DNA of 60,021 bases from Thermoanaerobaculia bacterium (lineage in GTDB: Bacteria; Acidobacteriota; Thermoanaerobaculia; UBA5066): the NCBI GenBank assembly GCA_038245905.1, contig JBBRRY010000025.1:1-60021 (forward strand), written 5' to 3'. The position numbers were made by a program, and so were the translations under genes. This document shows, one piece after another, positions 1 through 8,583 of this stretch (positions are counted from its first letter, which is position 1; each line of letters opens with the position of its first letter). The notes below the pieces were generated by a model. The model searched no databases. It was not told the origin of the DNA and was given only the letters and a program-made list of their open reading frames with translations.

Positions 1-89
1 CGATACGGCATGCACGAATGCCCCAGGCAGGACTCATCCTCGCCGCCTAACTCTTAGAATCTTTAGGGAAAATGACGGAGGCGGCCTTT

Positions 90-134
90 ATCGCACTCAG
101 GAGGTCGTCAGTTCGATCCTGATCAGCTCCACCA
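90..134 (+). tRNA. 3' half of tRNA-Ala(CGC), fragment only; probable att site of an integrated element
   Basis: ATCGCAC anticodon loop, TCAGG stem strand, GAGGTC variable region, GTCAG-TTCGATC-CTGAT T-arm, CAGCTCC-A-CCA end. The upstream sequence does not supply the GGGGCTG/D-arm 5' half. Confidence 0.85.
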
Positions 135-257
135 CTTTACGTAGCTTCTTCGAGCCGGCGCACTCCCCCGCATCTGGCCGGGCTGGTCACGGCGCGTGCG
201 AGAGCAAGTGTGCGTCGGGCGCTCACCAACCGGTTCTGCGCGGGCGTCGCGACTGCG

Positions 258-488
258 GACCTCATCGAAGTCTCGGGCGTGACCGGATATGTTCAGCAGT
301 CTGAACATGCGCACGACGGTCCTCATAACCGTCGAAGGCAACATGGTGCAGATCCCAACGCAAAGGTCTACAAGAGCGACATCCGCGAGGCCCGCATTCT
401 CGAGGAACAGGCACGGCAGGCGCAGCCACTGAAAGAAGGGGAGAATCTCCTGCCGGTTGCCGCCGGCAAGGCGTCCTCCGGGGAGTAA
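258..488 (+). pseudogene. Remnant of a MscS-family mechanosensitive channel
   Basis: Joining frames across a +1 at about 300 and a -1 at about 356 gives DLIEVSGVTGYVQQ-LNMRTTVLITVEGNMVQIP-NAKVYKSDIR (MscS beta domain). No TM region, and an internal deletion. Confidence 0.75.
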
Positions 489-526
489 GGCCGAGAATTT
501 CGCGGCGGCGAGGAAAACTCGATCCC

Positions 527-1843
527 ATGAACAAGATCAAACAGAGCTGGAACAACCTGCAGGCCAGTTTCTGGTTCGTGCCATCTGTCATCATTGTTGC
601 GAGCATCCTGCTCGCGGTGGCGTTCATCGAGATCGATGCAACCGGGAGCAGGCCCTGGATGGATCGCTGGCCGCGCCTCTTCGGCGCCGGTGCAGCCGGT
701 GCGCGCGGGATGTTGTCCACGATCGCCGGCTCGATGATGACCGTCGTGGGTGTGACGTTTTCGATGACCCTCGTGGCGCTGGCGCTCGCCTCGAGTCAGT
801 ACACGTCGCGGATCCTGCGCAACTTCATGCGCGACCGTGTGACGCAGGTTGTTCTCGGCATTTTCGCCGGTATTTTTACCTACTGTCTGATCGTCCTGCG
901 CACGATCCGGGGCGGCGACGCGACCGGGTTCGTGCCGAGCCTGGCAGTCTCCTTCGCCGTCGTCCTCGCAATCGGCGGCATCAGCGTCCTCATCTACTTC
1001 ATTCATCACATTGCCTCTTCGATCCAGGCCGCTAACATCATCGCGTCGGTCGCCGCCGAGACGGTTCTCGCTGTTGATCGCCTCTTCCCGGAGAGGCTGG
1101 GTCAGGAGCCTGTGGACGGGGACGAGGATCCGTCAGCCGATCCTTTGCCGGAGCGCCGATGGAGGGCTGTCACGGCCCCGCGGAGCGGCTACATCCAGGA
1201 AGTGGATAACAGAGCGCTGCTGCGACTGGCGAGGGAGCAGCGGACCGTCGTGCGGATGGAGCGAGGAATCGGGGAGTTCGTGGTTGACGGCACAACGCTC
1301 GCTTCCCTCGCTCTGGAGGCCGCTCCGGAAGAGGAAATCGCCGAGAGCGTGCAGGCGGCGTACAGCATCAACCGCCACCGCACGGTGGAGCAGGATTCCG
1401 CTTTCGGCGTCCGACAGATCGTGGACATGGCGTTGCGGGCGCTGTCTCCGGGGATCAACGACACGACGACGGCGATCATGTGCGTGAACTATCTCTCCGT
1501 GATCCTGGCCCGACTGGCGTGTCGACCGATCCCTTCTTCGCGCCGCTATGAGGAAGGGGAGCTGAGGATGATCACCGTCGGGCCGAACTTTGCCGGTCTC
1601 GTGGCCGACTCGTTCGATCAGATTCGAGTCAGTGCCGCCGGCAATGTCGCCGTCCTCCTGCAACTTCTCGTATCGATTCAGACCCTCGCCAGCCTGACGG
1701 AGAGCCCGGGTCGGAGGCGGGTGCTGCGTGAAAACATGGAGCGCATTGCCGAGGTGGCTGGCCGCACCCTGAAGTTCCCGGACGACCAGGCGCGCTTCGA
1801 GAGTTTCCTGGCACGTGTGCGCGAGGAGCTCGCAACGCGATAG
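527..1843 (+). CDS. DUF2254 family membrane protein
   Basis: SFWFVP, ASSQYTSRILRNF, RALSPGINDTTTA motifs; several N-terminal TM segments. Confidence 0.9.
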   Translation: MNKIKQSWNNLQASFWFVPSVIIVASILLAVAFIEIDATGSRPWMDRWPRLFGAGAAGARGMLSTIAGSMMTVVGVTFSMTLVALALASSQYTSRILRNFMRDRVTQVVLGIFAGIFTYCLIVLRTIRGGDATGFVPSLAVSFAVVLAIGGISVLIYFIHHIASSIQAANIIASVAAETVLAVDRLFPERLGQEPVDGDEDPSADPLPERRWRAVTAPRSGYIQEVDNRALLRLAREQRTVVRMERGIGEFVVDGTTLASLALEAAPEEEIAESVQAAYSINRHRTVEQDSAFGVRQIVDMALRALSPGINDTTTAIMCVNYLSVILARLACRPIPSSRRYEEGELRMITVGPNFAGLVADSFDQIRVSAAGNVAVLLQLLVSIQTLASLTESPGRRRVLRENMERIAEVAGRTLKFPDDQARFESFLARVREELATR

Positions 1844-1934
1844 CGTGGGAAGGGCGCGGTCCCGTCTCTCGCACCCTCAGGGCGGTCGACGCTGTTGACG
1901 AAGCTGAGCGCCGCCGCCGCGTGGCTCATCGCGA

Positions 1935-3458
1935 CTACGCCAGCCAGCGCGCGGCCACCCTCTTCCAGAACGGGGTAAGGCGTGTCCGTGAATACGCGTC
2001 GGCGGCTTTCCGGATCGCCTCGGCTTGCGTGGGATAGCTGTGAATAACCCGCGACACCGTACGCAGCCCGATTCCCGCCACCATCGCCAGCGTGATTTCG
2101 TTGATCATCTCGCCGGCGTGGCGCGCGACGACCGTGGCGCCCAGGATCCTGTCCGTGCCTTGACGGACGTGGATCTTCGCGAACCCGTCCTCTTCGCTGT
2201 CGGTAATCGCGCGATCGACCTCGCTCATCGGGACGGTGAAGGTCTCGACGGGGATACCCCGTTCGCGCGCTTCGCGAACGTAAATTCCGACGTGGGCGAT
2301 GGCCGGGTCCGTATAGGTGCACCATGGAATTGTCAGAGCACTCAATCTTTTCCTGCCAAGAAAAAGGGCATTCTCAACGACGATGCGGCCCGTCGCATCC
2401 GCCACATGAGTGAATTTGTTCTCCAGGGCCACGTCGCCCGCCGCATAAATTCGGCGATTGCTGGTTCGCATGAAGTCGTCTACATGGACGCCTTTCTCAA
2501 GGTCGTAAGCCACCCCAGCCGCCTCGAGATCGAGCCCCTCGACGTTGGGGCTGCGCCCGACACCCACGAGGATCTGGTCTACCGAGACGATCGACTCCTG
2601 GTCGTAACTCACAAGATGCACGCGTCGGGCCCCGTCCTCGAGGGAGACTTTTGTCACTTCCGTGTTGAGCCGGACCTGGATGCCGTCCCGCGCCAGCGAC
2701 TGGGCCAGCAGCTCGGCGGCATCCCGTTCTTCCTGCTGAAGAAAAAACAGATCGTTCTGCGCGATGGTGACCGCGCATCCCAGCCGCGCGAACGCCTGCG
2801 CAAGCTCGCACCCGAGCGGTCCGCCGCCGATGACCATCAACCGGGCAGGCCGTTCGGTGAGATTGAAGACCGTCTCGTTGGTCAGATAGCCCGCTTCCGC
2901 CAGGCCTTCGATCGACGGCGCGGCGGCCCGGGAGCCGGTGGCGATGGCGGCCTTCCTGAAATTCAGAGTGGCACCCGCCACTCGGACGGACCGGGGGCCG
3001 GCGAACGCCGCTTCTCCGAAGAAGACGTCGACGCCGAGCTCGCAGAGACGCCTGGCGGAGTCCTGGTGACCGATGTGGGTGCGGATGCTCCGCATGCGCT
3101 CCATGGCCCTTCCAAAATCCACTTCGGGCTTCTCGAGCCGCCCTCCCCCGTACTTCGCGGCGCGGCGGAGGTCGGCGTAGAAAAGCGCGGTTCGCAGAAG
3201 CGCCTTCGAAGGCACACAGCCCACATTGAGACAATCGCCGCCCATGAGGTTCTTTTCCACCAACGCGACCCGAGCGCCCAGCGCCGCCGCGCCGGTCGCG
3301 ATCACGAGACCGGCCGGGCCCGCGCCGATGACGACGAGGTTGTAGGACGGCGCAGGTACCGGGTTCTTCCATTCGCCCGGACGCACCTGAGCGAGGAGCT
3401 CGGCGTCGTACTCGTCTCCCTGGAGCACCTTCTCGGCATGAACCGGTGCGCTCGTCAT
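1935..3458 (-). CDS. FAD-dependent pyridine nucleotide-disulfide oxidoreductase (MerA/LpdA-like, no C-terminal Cys pair)
   Basis: GAGPAG, GGDCLNVGCVPSK, GGGPLG, IHSYPT. ATG at 3458 overlaps the upstream stop (ATGA). Confidence 0.88.
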   Translation of the reverse strand: MTSAPVHAEKVLQGDEYDAELLAQVRPGEWKNPVPAPSYNLVVIGAGPAGLVIATGAAALGARVALVEKNLMGGDCLNVGCVPSKALLRTALFYADLRRAAKYGGGRLEKPEVDFGRAMERMRSIRTHIGHQDSARRLCELGVDVFFGEAAFAGPRSVRVAGATLNFRKAAIATGSRAAAPSIEGLAEAGYLTNETVFNLTERPARLMVIGGGPLGCELAQAFARLGCAVTIAQNDLFFLQQEERDAAELLAQSLARDGIQVRLNTEVTKVSLEDGARRVHLVSYDQESIVSVDQILVGVGRSPNVEGLDLEAAGVAYDLEKGVHVDDFMRTSNRRIYAAGDVALENKFTHVADATGRIVVENALFLGRKRLSALTIPWCTYTDPAIAHVGIYVREARERGIPVETFTVPMSEVDRAITDSEEDGFAKIHVRQGTDRILGATVVARHAGEMINEITLAMVAGIGLRTVSRVIHSYPTQAEAIRKAADAYSRTRLTPFWKRVAARWLA

Positions 3459-4783
3459 CCGCCCGCCGTGCGCAACCATCCGTTACGAAATCCCGCCCGG
3501 CGCAGCCCCGTGACGACGGGATCGCACCGGCGCATCAAACGCCACAGGAGTCCTGAGCGATAGTTCTCGATCATCAACACGACCGGCCCCTGCTCCAGGC
3601 CGTACAGATCGGGACACACCCATCCGGAGACCGACCCGTCGGCCGCGGGATAGGTGGGGTTGAAGCTCCTCAGGGCGCCGTCCTCCTTCGTGATGCCCGA
3701 ATATGCGCTCCTCATGTGGCGGAGCGCCGGCATCACGATTTCGGGCGCGAAAGGAAGCGACGCGGCCACGGCCCATGGCGCCAGCGTCCCGTCGTCAGGA
3801 CCGTAGGGAACTCCGCGGGCCACGTAGTCGAAATACTCCCGTTCCGCTCCATCGGCCCAGAGTTTCGAGAAGCCGGGACCGTCGCCCGCCGTGATTCCCC
3901 AGCCGTTCTCGCCATAGCCCCGGCAGCGTTTCGGGTTCCGGATCGCGTAACGCCGCTGAACGTAGGTCGCCCGGCGACTGTTCTCGAAATAGTCAGACCG
4001 TTTCTCTCGCATGAACTCGTCCTGAATCCCCCGAAAGTCGATCCAGACGTGCGACAGCTGGTGGACGAAGAGCGGTGCGGCGAAGAGGAAATCGAAGCCG
4101 TAGAGATTCTCCCACTGATACGTCCTCGTCCACGCCTCGTATCCGTCCGGCGGGATCGGATGTGTCGGAGAACCGAGCGCCAGCGCGTAGAGAAGAATCG
4201 CCTCGCTGTACCCGTCCCAGCTGTAGCGGATGAACCCAATGTTCGGCATCCAACCCATCGACATCGGCGGCTCGCCATTCATGGCCCAGTTCCAATCGAC
4301 ACGCTCGTACAAAGAAGCGGCGAGCCGGCGTATCTCCTTTTCCCCTTCCTCCGCGCGGTCGAAATACATCATGGCGACCAGCGCTCCAGCGATGAGAAAC
4401 GCCGTGTCGACCATCGACAATTCGCATTTCCAGGTTCGGGTTCCGGTCTTCATGTCGAGAAAATGGTAGTAGAAGCCGCGGTAGCCGGTGGCGTCCGGCT
4501 CTTCGCTCTGTGCGCTGCGGTCGAAGAAGCGAAGGGTCGTGAGAGTCCGTTCAACGGCTTCGGCGCGGTGGATGAATCCCCGATCCACTCCGACTGCATG
4601 GGCAGCGAGGCAGAAGCCGACGGCCGCGATGCTGGCGACCGCATCCTTCCGGCTGTTGTCGGCGACGAGCCCGTTCTCCGGGTTGGTGGCGCGGAGGAAA
4701 TAGGAGAAGGCGTCGCGCTGGAGAGACTCGAGCTCCTCGTCGAGAGCTCGCGGCAGGTTCGCCGCGAACGGCTTATCCTTCAT
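3455..4783 (-). CDS. Glucoamylase-family / GH144-like (DUF3131) glycoside hydrolase, cytoplasmic
   Basis: ASIAAVGF, GYRGFYYHFLD, ELSMVDTA, PLFVHQLSH, GLEQGP, MIENYRSG. Confidence 0.85.
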   Translation of the reverse strand: MKDKPFAANLPRALDEELESLQRDAFSYFLRATNPENGLVADNSRKDAVASIAAVGFCLAAHAVGVDRGFIHRAEAVERTLTTLRFFDRSAQSEEPDATGYRGFYYHFLDMKTGTRTWKCELSMVDTAFLIAGALVAMMYFDRAEEGEKEIRRLAASLYERVDWNWAMNGEPPMSMGWMPNIGFIRYSWDGYSEAILLYALALGSPTHPIPPDGYEAWTRTYQWENLYGFDFLFAAPLFVHQLSHVWIDFRGIQDEFMREKRSDYFENSRRATYVQRRYAIRNPKRCRGYGENGWGITAGDGPGFSKLWADGAEREYFDYVARGVPYGPDDGTLAPWAVAASLPFAPEIVMPALRHMRSAYSGITKEDGALRSFNPTYPAADGSVSGWVCPDLYGLEQGPVVLMIENYRSGLLWRLMRRCDPVVTGLRRAGFRNGWLRTAGG

Positions 4784-5000
4784 GCTCGAAGCTCGGATAA
4801 AGCGTCATGTCGCCGTCCACGAACGCCGTAGCCCAGACGGCCCGGTTGATCGGCGTAAGGATCGCGCCGGGCGCCACGGCGAGCACCCCAACTCCCGACG
4901 GCGCCGCCTCCTGCGCGAGCAGCTCGGCCGCGAGATCCGCGCGCTCATCCGCGGGCAAGCGCCTCGCCTCCTCCAGCAGAGCTCGCGAACGGTCCGCAAC
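4773..5000 (-). pseudogene. Chimeric remnant: addiction-module antitoxin N-terminus joined to glucose-1-dehydrogenase-like SDR C-terminal fragments
   Basis: ADRSRALLEEARRLPADERADLAAELL followed by VAPGAILTPINRAVW and AFVDGDMTLYPSF. Confidence 0.6.
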
Positions 5001-5176
5001 CAAGGGCATCATAACTCTCCCGCTCGGCGGCGGCACCCTTGTGCGCGGGCCGCGCCGTCGGTGAAGGAGGCCTCGAGGGTCGTGCGAACGTGCGCCCAGG
5101 CGATGGATGCGCCTGATGCAGCCGCACCCTTTTCCGGGCCTCGGGGCCGCGTCATCCTCTCTCGTGAGGAAGGCTC

Positions 5177-5479
5177 ATGGCGACTCCCCTGGTGCGCATC
5201 AAGGTCGAACGGACCGGCCGCGTGATTCTCGACGGCTCCCCCGTGACGGTCGCCCGGCTGAAGAAGGCGCTTCTCGCGCTCGTCAAGACGAAGGGGCGCG
5301 TCCGCTACTACCGCGAGGGCTCGCGCAGCGAGGCGTCCTCGGCGGCGCTCCGGGTCTGGGCGGCCGTGATGGACAGCGGTCTGCCCGTGGATCTGTGTGA
5401 CGACGACGCCGCCCTCGAGGGTGACCGCTTCGCCGATTCGCCTCGAGAGGAGAAGGAGCGGGACGACACCTGGTGGTGA
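5177..5479 (+). CDS. Small hypothetical protein resembling the ExbD/TolR soluble domain, without a TM helix
   Basis: RBS GAGGAAGG; IKVERTGRVILDGSPVTVARLKKAL pattern; GC3-biased codons. Confidence 0.6.
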   Translation: MATPLVRIKVERTGRVILDGSPVTVARLKKALLALVKTKGRVRYYREGSRSEASSAALRVWAAVMDSGLPVDLCDDDAALEGDRFADSPREEKERDDTWW

Positions 5480-5488
5480 CCCGTGGCG

Positions 5489-5920
5489 TTAGACGGGCCA
5501 CAGTCGCGCGGGGCCCCCGCGCACACCGGTGACGAACGCGTCCTGACCGAATCGGCCGCGCAGCCGGTCGGCCTCAAAGAGCGCGATGCCGATGACGAGA
5601 AAGCTCGGCTCAGGGGTCCAGTCGCCCGCGTCCGCGCCGCTATTCCCGGAAAAGAAAAGGAAGCCTCCGGCACGCAGCGCGGAGCTGAGCGCGCGAGTTC
5701 GCGCACGGTTCTCCGCCGGGCTGAGATGGCGCGCACCCGGGTTGCACGCCGTGAGAAAGGCCCATCGCCGCTTGCCTTTCCGCCCAAGGAGAGCATCGAG
5801 CGCGAGGGATTCCCTGCCGATGCGGATCTCGATCTTCTCTCCGCCGCCCGCGTCCGCGCGATAGAACGCGCGCCGGTACGCGGCGAGCCTCCCGGCCGGG
5901 ATGGGAACGGTCCTCCTCAT
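5489..5920 (-). CDS. DUF3293 domain protein
   Basis: LAAYRRAFY, WAFLTACNP, ENRAR, WTPEPSFLV, FGQDA. Confidence 0.8.
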   Translation of the reverse strand: MRRTVPIPAGRLAAYRRAFYRADAGGGEKIEIRIGRESLALDALLGRKGKRRWAFLTACNPGARHLSPAENRARTRALSSALRAGGFLFFSGNSGADAGDWTPEPSFLVIGIALFEADRLRGRFGQDAFVTGVRGGPARLWPV

Positions 5921-6008
5921 GCCGCCATCCTGACACGGGGGAAAGGCGGCATTTCGCGAGTGCCTTTTCACTTCTCGAGCGCGTCAACGCGCGGGTAAGA
6001 TCAGGGCC

Positions 6009-7160
6009 GTGAGCACACCGCGGAAGGACTGGACGAACATTCTCTTCCTCTGCCTCTCCCCCGTCGCCGGCATCGCGGGGACGGCTTATTACGCATCGCG
6101 CTTCGGGATCCAGTGGTGGGAGCCCACCCTCTGCCTCGCGCTCTTTTTCACGATCGGTCTCTCGATCGGTTCGGGCTACCACCGTTACTTCTCGCACCGC
6201 GCCTACGAGTGCCATCCGGCCGTCGAGTCGATCATGCTGTTCTTCGGCGCGATGGCGCTCCAGAACTCGGTTCTGCAGTGGGCGCGCGACCACCGCGAGC
6301 ATCACCGTTTCGTCGACACGGACCGCGATCCCTACAACATCAATCGCGGCGGCTTCTGGGCGCACATGCTGTGGATCTTCTACAAGGAGAGCCCGGAGAA
6401 GAACTTCGACGGCGTCCCCGATCTGACCCGCAATCCGCGCGTCATGTGGCAGCACCGCTGGTCGCGCGCGATCGGGATCGGCTTCGGACTCGGGTTTCCG
6501 ACGATCGTCGGGGCGTTCTTCGGGCGGCCGCTCGGCGGGCTCCTGTGGGGCGGATTCCTGCGCATCGTGCTCGTCCACCACACCACGTTTTTCATCAACT
6601 CTCTCGCGCACATGTGGGGCAAGCGCCCGTACTCGACGGAGAACTCCGCGCGCGACAACTGGTTCCTCGCGTTCTTCACGCACGGCGAGGGCTTCCACAA
6701 CTTCCATCACGCCTTCCCTTCCGACTTCCGGAACGGCATCCGCTGGTATCACTGGGACCCGAGTAAGTGGCTCATTCAGTCGTTCCGGGCCACCCGCCTC
6801 GCGCGAAACCTGCGCGTCACTCCGCCTCCGGTCGTCGAGAACGCGAAGCTGAAGGTCGCGGCGGCGAACACGGAGGAGCGCCTCGCGCGGATTCCTTGCG
6901 CCATGGCGGACGACCTCCGCGCCCGCGCCGAGCAGGCGCGGCAGCGCATGGACGAGACCCTTCGTCTCTGGAAGGACGCCTATGCGCGGCACAGCGAGCT
7001 GAAGGCCGCCAGGCGCGCCGGGCACCGCCCGCCATCTCACGCCATCCGCGAGATGAAGGCCAGGGTGCGCGCCTGCGAGCGGAGCTTCCGCGCGACCCGC
7101 CAGGAATGGCAGGCCGCGCTCGAGCGCTTCACGGACGTTCCCGCGCGGCAGGGCTTCTAA
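6009..7160 (+). CDS. Delta-9-type fatty acid (acyl-CoA) desaturase
   Basis: His boxes HRYFSH, HREHH, HNFHH; C-terminal coiled coil. Confidence 0.92.
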   Translation: MSTPRKDWTNILFLCLSPVAGIAGTAYYASRFGIQWWEPTLCLALFFTIGLSIGSGYHRYFSHRAYECHPAVESIMLFFGAMALQNSVLQWARDHREHHRFVDTDRDPYNINRGGFWAHMLWIFYKESPEKNFDGVPDLTRNPRVMWQHRWSRAIGIGFGLGFPTIVGAFFGRPLGGLLWGGFLRIVLVHHTTFFINSLAHMWGKRPYSTENSARDNWFLAFFTHGEGFHNFHHAFPSDFRNGIRWYHWDPSKWLIQSFRATRLARNLRVTPPPVVENAKLKVAAANTEERLARIPCAMADDLRARAEQARQRMDETLRLWKDAYARHSELKAARRAGHRPPSHAIREMKARVRACERSFRATRQEWQAALERFTDVPARQGF

Positions 7161-8581
7161 AAGGCCTGCAGGAGGAAGCCGAGGTCCGTGACCGGGAACC
7201 GGTTGAGAAGAGGAAAGATCACGTTCGCGTCGGCCAGCGAAACGCCGAACCACTGTGCGAGCGTCGCCGCATATTGGTCCACCGAGCATGTCGGAATGAA
7301 CCGGCCGCGCCCGTCGGTGTCGAGCGGGTTGCTCGCGCCGAGCGTGTGATCTGGGAAGACCTTTCCGTTGGGCCCGTTGACTCCGTAGAAGTCCGTGCCC
7401 TTGACGGCGCCGCCCATCACGAGCTGGTGGCTGCCCCAGGCGTGGTCCGATCCGACCGACGTGCCCGTTCCCGACGGTTGGAGCGTCCTCCCGAAATCGG
7501 ACTCCGTGAAGGTCGTGACTCGGCCCGCGAGGCCCTGAGTCGAAATCTCCGCGTAGAACGCGCTCATCGCGGCCGAGAGCTGCCCATAGAGGTTCGTGTG
7601 CGCCGCGAGCTCGTCCTGGTGGGTGTCGAAGCCGCCCATCGAGCAGAAGAAGATCTGACGGTTGAGGCCGAGCTGAACGGCCGTCTGGTTGAGCTTGATC
7701 AGCTTCGCGACCTGCTTGAGCTGGTTGCCGAGGTTCGTATTCGGAAATGCCCCGACGACTGGGTCCACTTGGAGCGCCGTGCCGATGTCGAGCGCGCTCT
7801 GCGTGACGACGCTCGTCGCGTTCACGAGCGGGATCGAAGTGTCAAAAGTGCGCAGCGAGTTGAATGCGGTCTTACGAGCCACGTCGACGGCCGAGGCCGA
7901 GAAGCCGTTCAGTGAGAGGATTTGATTGAGGGCCGTGGGCGCGGGGGCGGCACCGAGCGGTTTCGTGACCTGCCCGAGGTTGAACTGGTTGTTCCCGGCG
8001 AGTGACGTCACGGGCGGGTACGCGGACGCGCCGTTTTGCGATACCTGGTTGTCGGCCGTCAGTCCGCCCCAGCCGAGCTTCGTGCCCACGTCGGAGCGCA
8101 CGGACATCCAGCTCGACTGCTGGTCGCTGTGCGAGAAGAGCTGGTAGGGCCGATAGGCCGCGTTCGAGCTGTAGAGGGCCTTCGTCGTCGGGTACTGCGT
8201 GAGCGGTCCGACGTTCGAAACGACGGCAAGCTTGCCTGAGTCGAAGAGCGCCTTGAGGCCGGTCATGGCCGGGTGGAGCGCATAGGCGAGGCCGAGGCTG
8301 TTCGGGGTGATCGTCGTCGCGGCGAGTGCGCCCTGCGCGATCGAAAGACTGCCGCCCCGGGCCGCGAAGTAGTTCGTGTAACCCGATCCGTAAACCGGAA
8401 TGACCATGTTGTTCGCGTCGTTTCCGCCGAACAGGAAGATGCAGACGAGCGCGCGGTAGTCGGACGGCGCCGCGAGGGCCGTATTTGAGATGAGTCCGAG
8501 CCTTTCGAGGCTCTCCGAGATGGCGGTCATGCCGACGGCGCCGCACGCGCTGATGCGAAGGAAGTCTCGGCGAGTCGTCAT
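7157..8581 (-). CDS. DUF1501 domain protein with Tat signal
   Basis: MTTRRDFL; ALVCIFLFGGND, LFSHSDQQ, GGFDTH, SDFGRT, GSDHAWG. Confidence 0.9.
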   Translation of the reverse strand: MTTRRDFLRISACGAVGMTAISESLERLGLISNTALAAPSDYRALVCIFLFGGNDANNMVIPVYGSGYTNYFAARGGSLSIAQGALAATTITPNSLGLAYALHPAMTGLKALFDSGKLAVVSNVGPLTQYPTTKALYSSNAAYRPYQLFSHSDQQSSWMSVRSDVGTKLGWGGLTADNQVSQNGASAYPPVTSLAGNNQFNLGQVTKPLGAAPAPTALNQILSLNGFSASAVDVARKTAFNSLRTFDTSIPLVNATSVVTQSALDIGTALQVDPVVGAFPNTNLGNQLKQVAKLIKLNQTAVQLGLNRQIFFCSMGGFDTHQDELAAHTNLYGQLSAAMSAFYAEISTQGLAGRVTTFTESDFGRTLQPSGTGTSVGSDHAWGSHQLVMGGAVKGTDFYGVNGPNGKVFPDHTLGASNPLDTDGRGRFIPTCSVDQYAATLAQWFGVSLADANVIFPLLNRFPVTDLGFLLQAF

Positions 8582-8583
8582 GA

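Noticed and set aside
60-134. Intact tRNA gene
   Set aside because: There is no 5' acceptor strand or D-arm; only the 3' half is present.
1935-3458. True mercuric reductase (merA)
   Set aside because: It lacks the C-terminal Cys-Cys pair and the N-terminal metal-binding domain, and there are no mer genes nearby.
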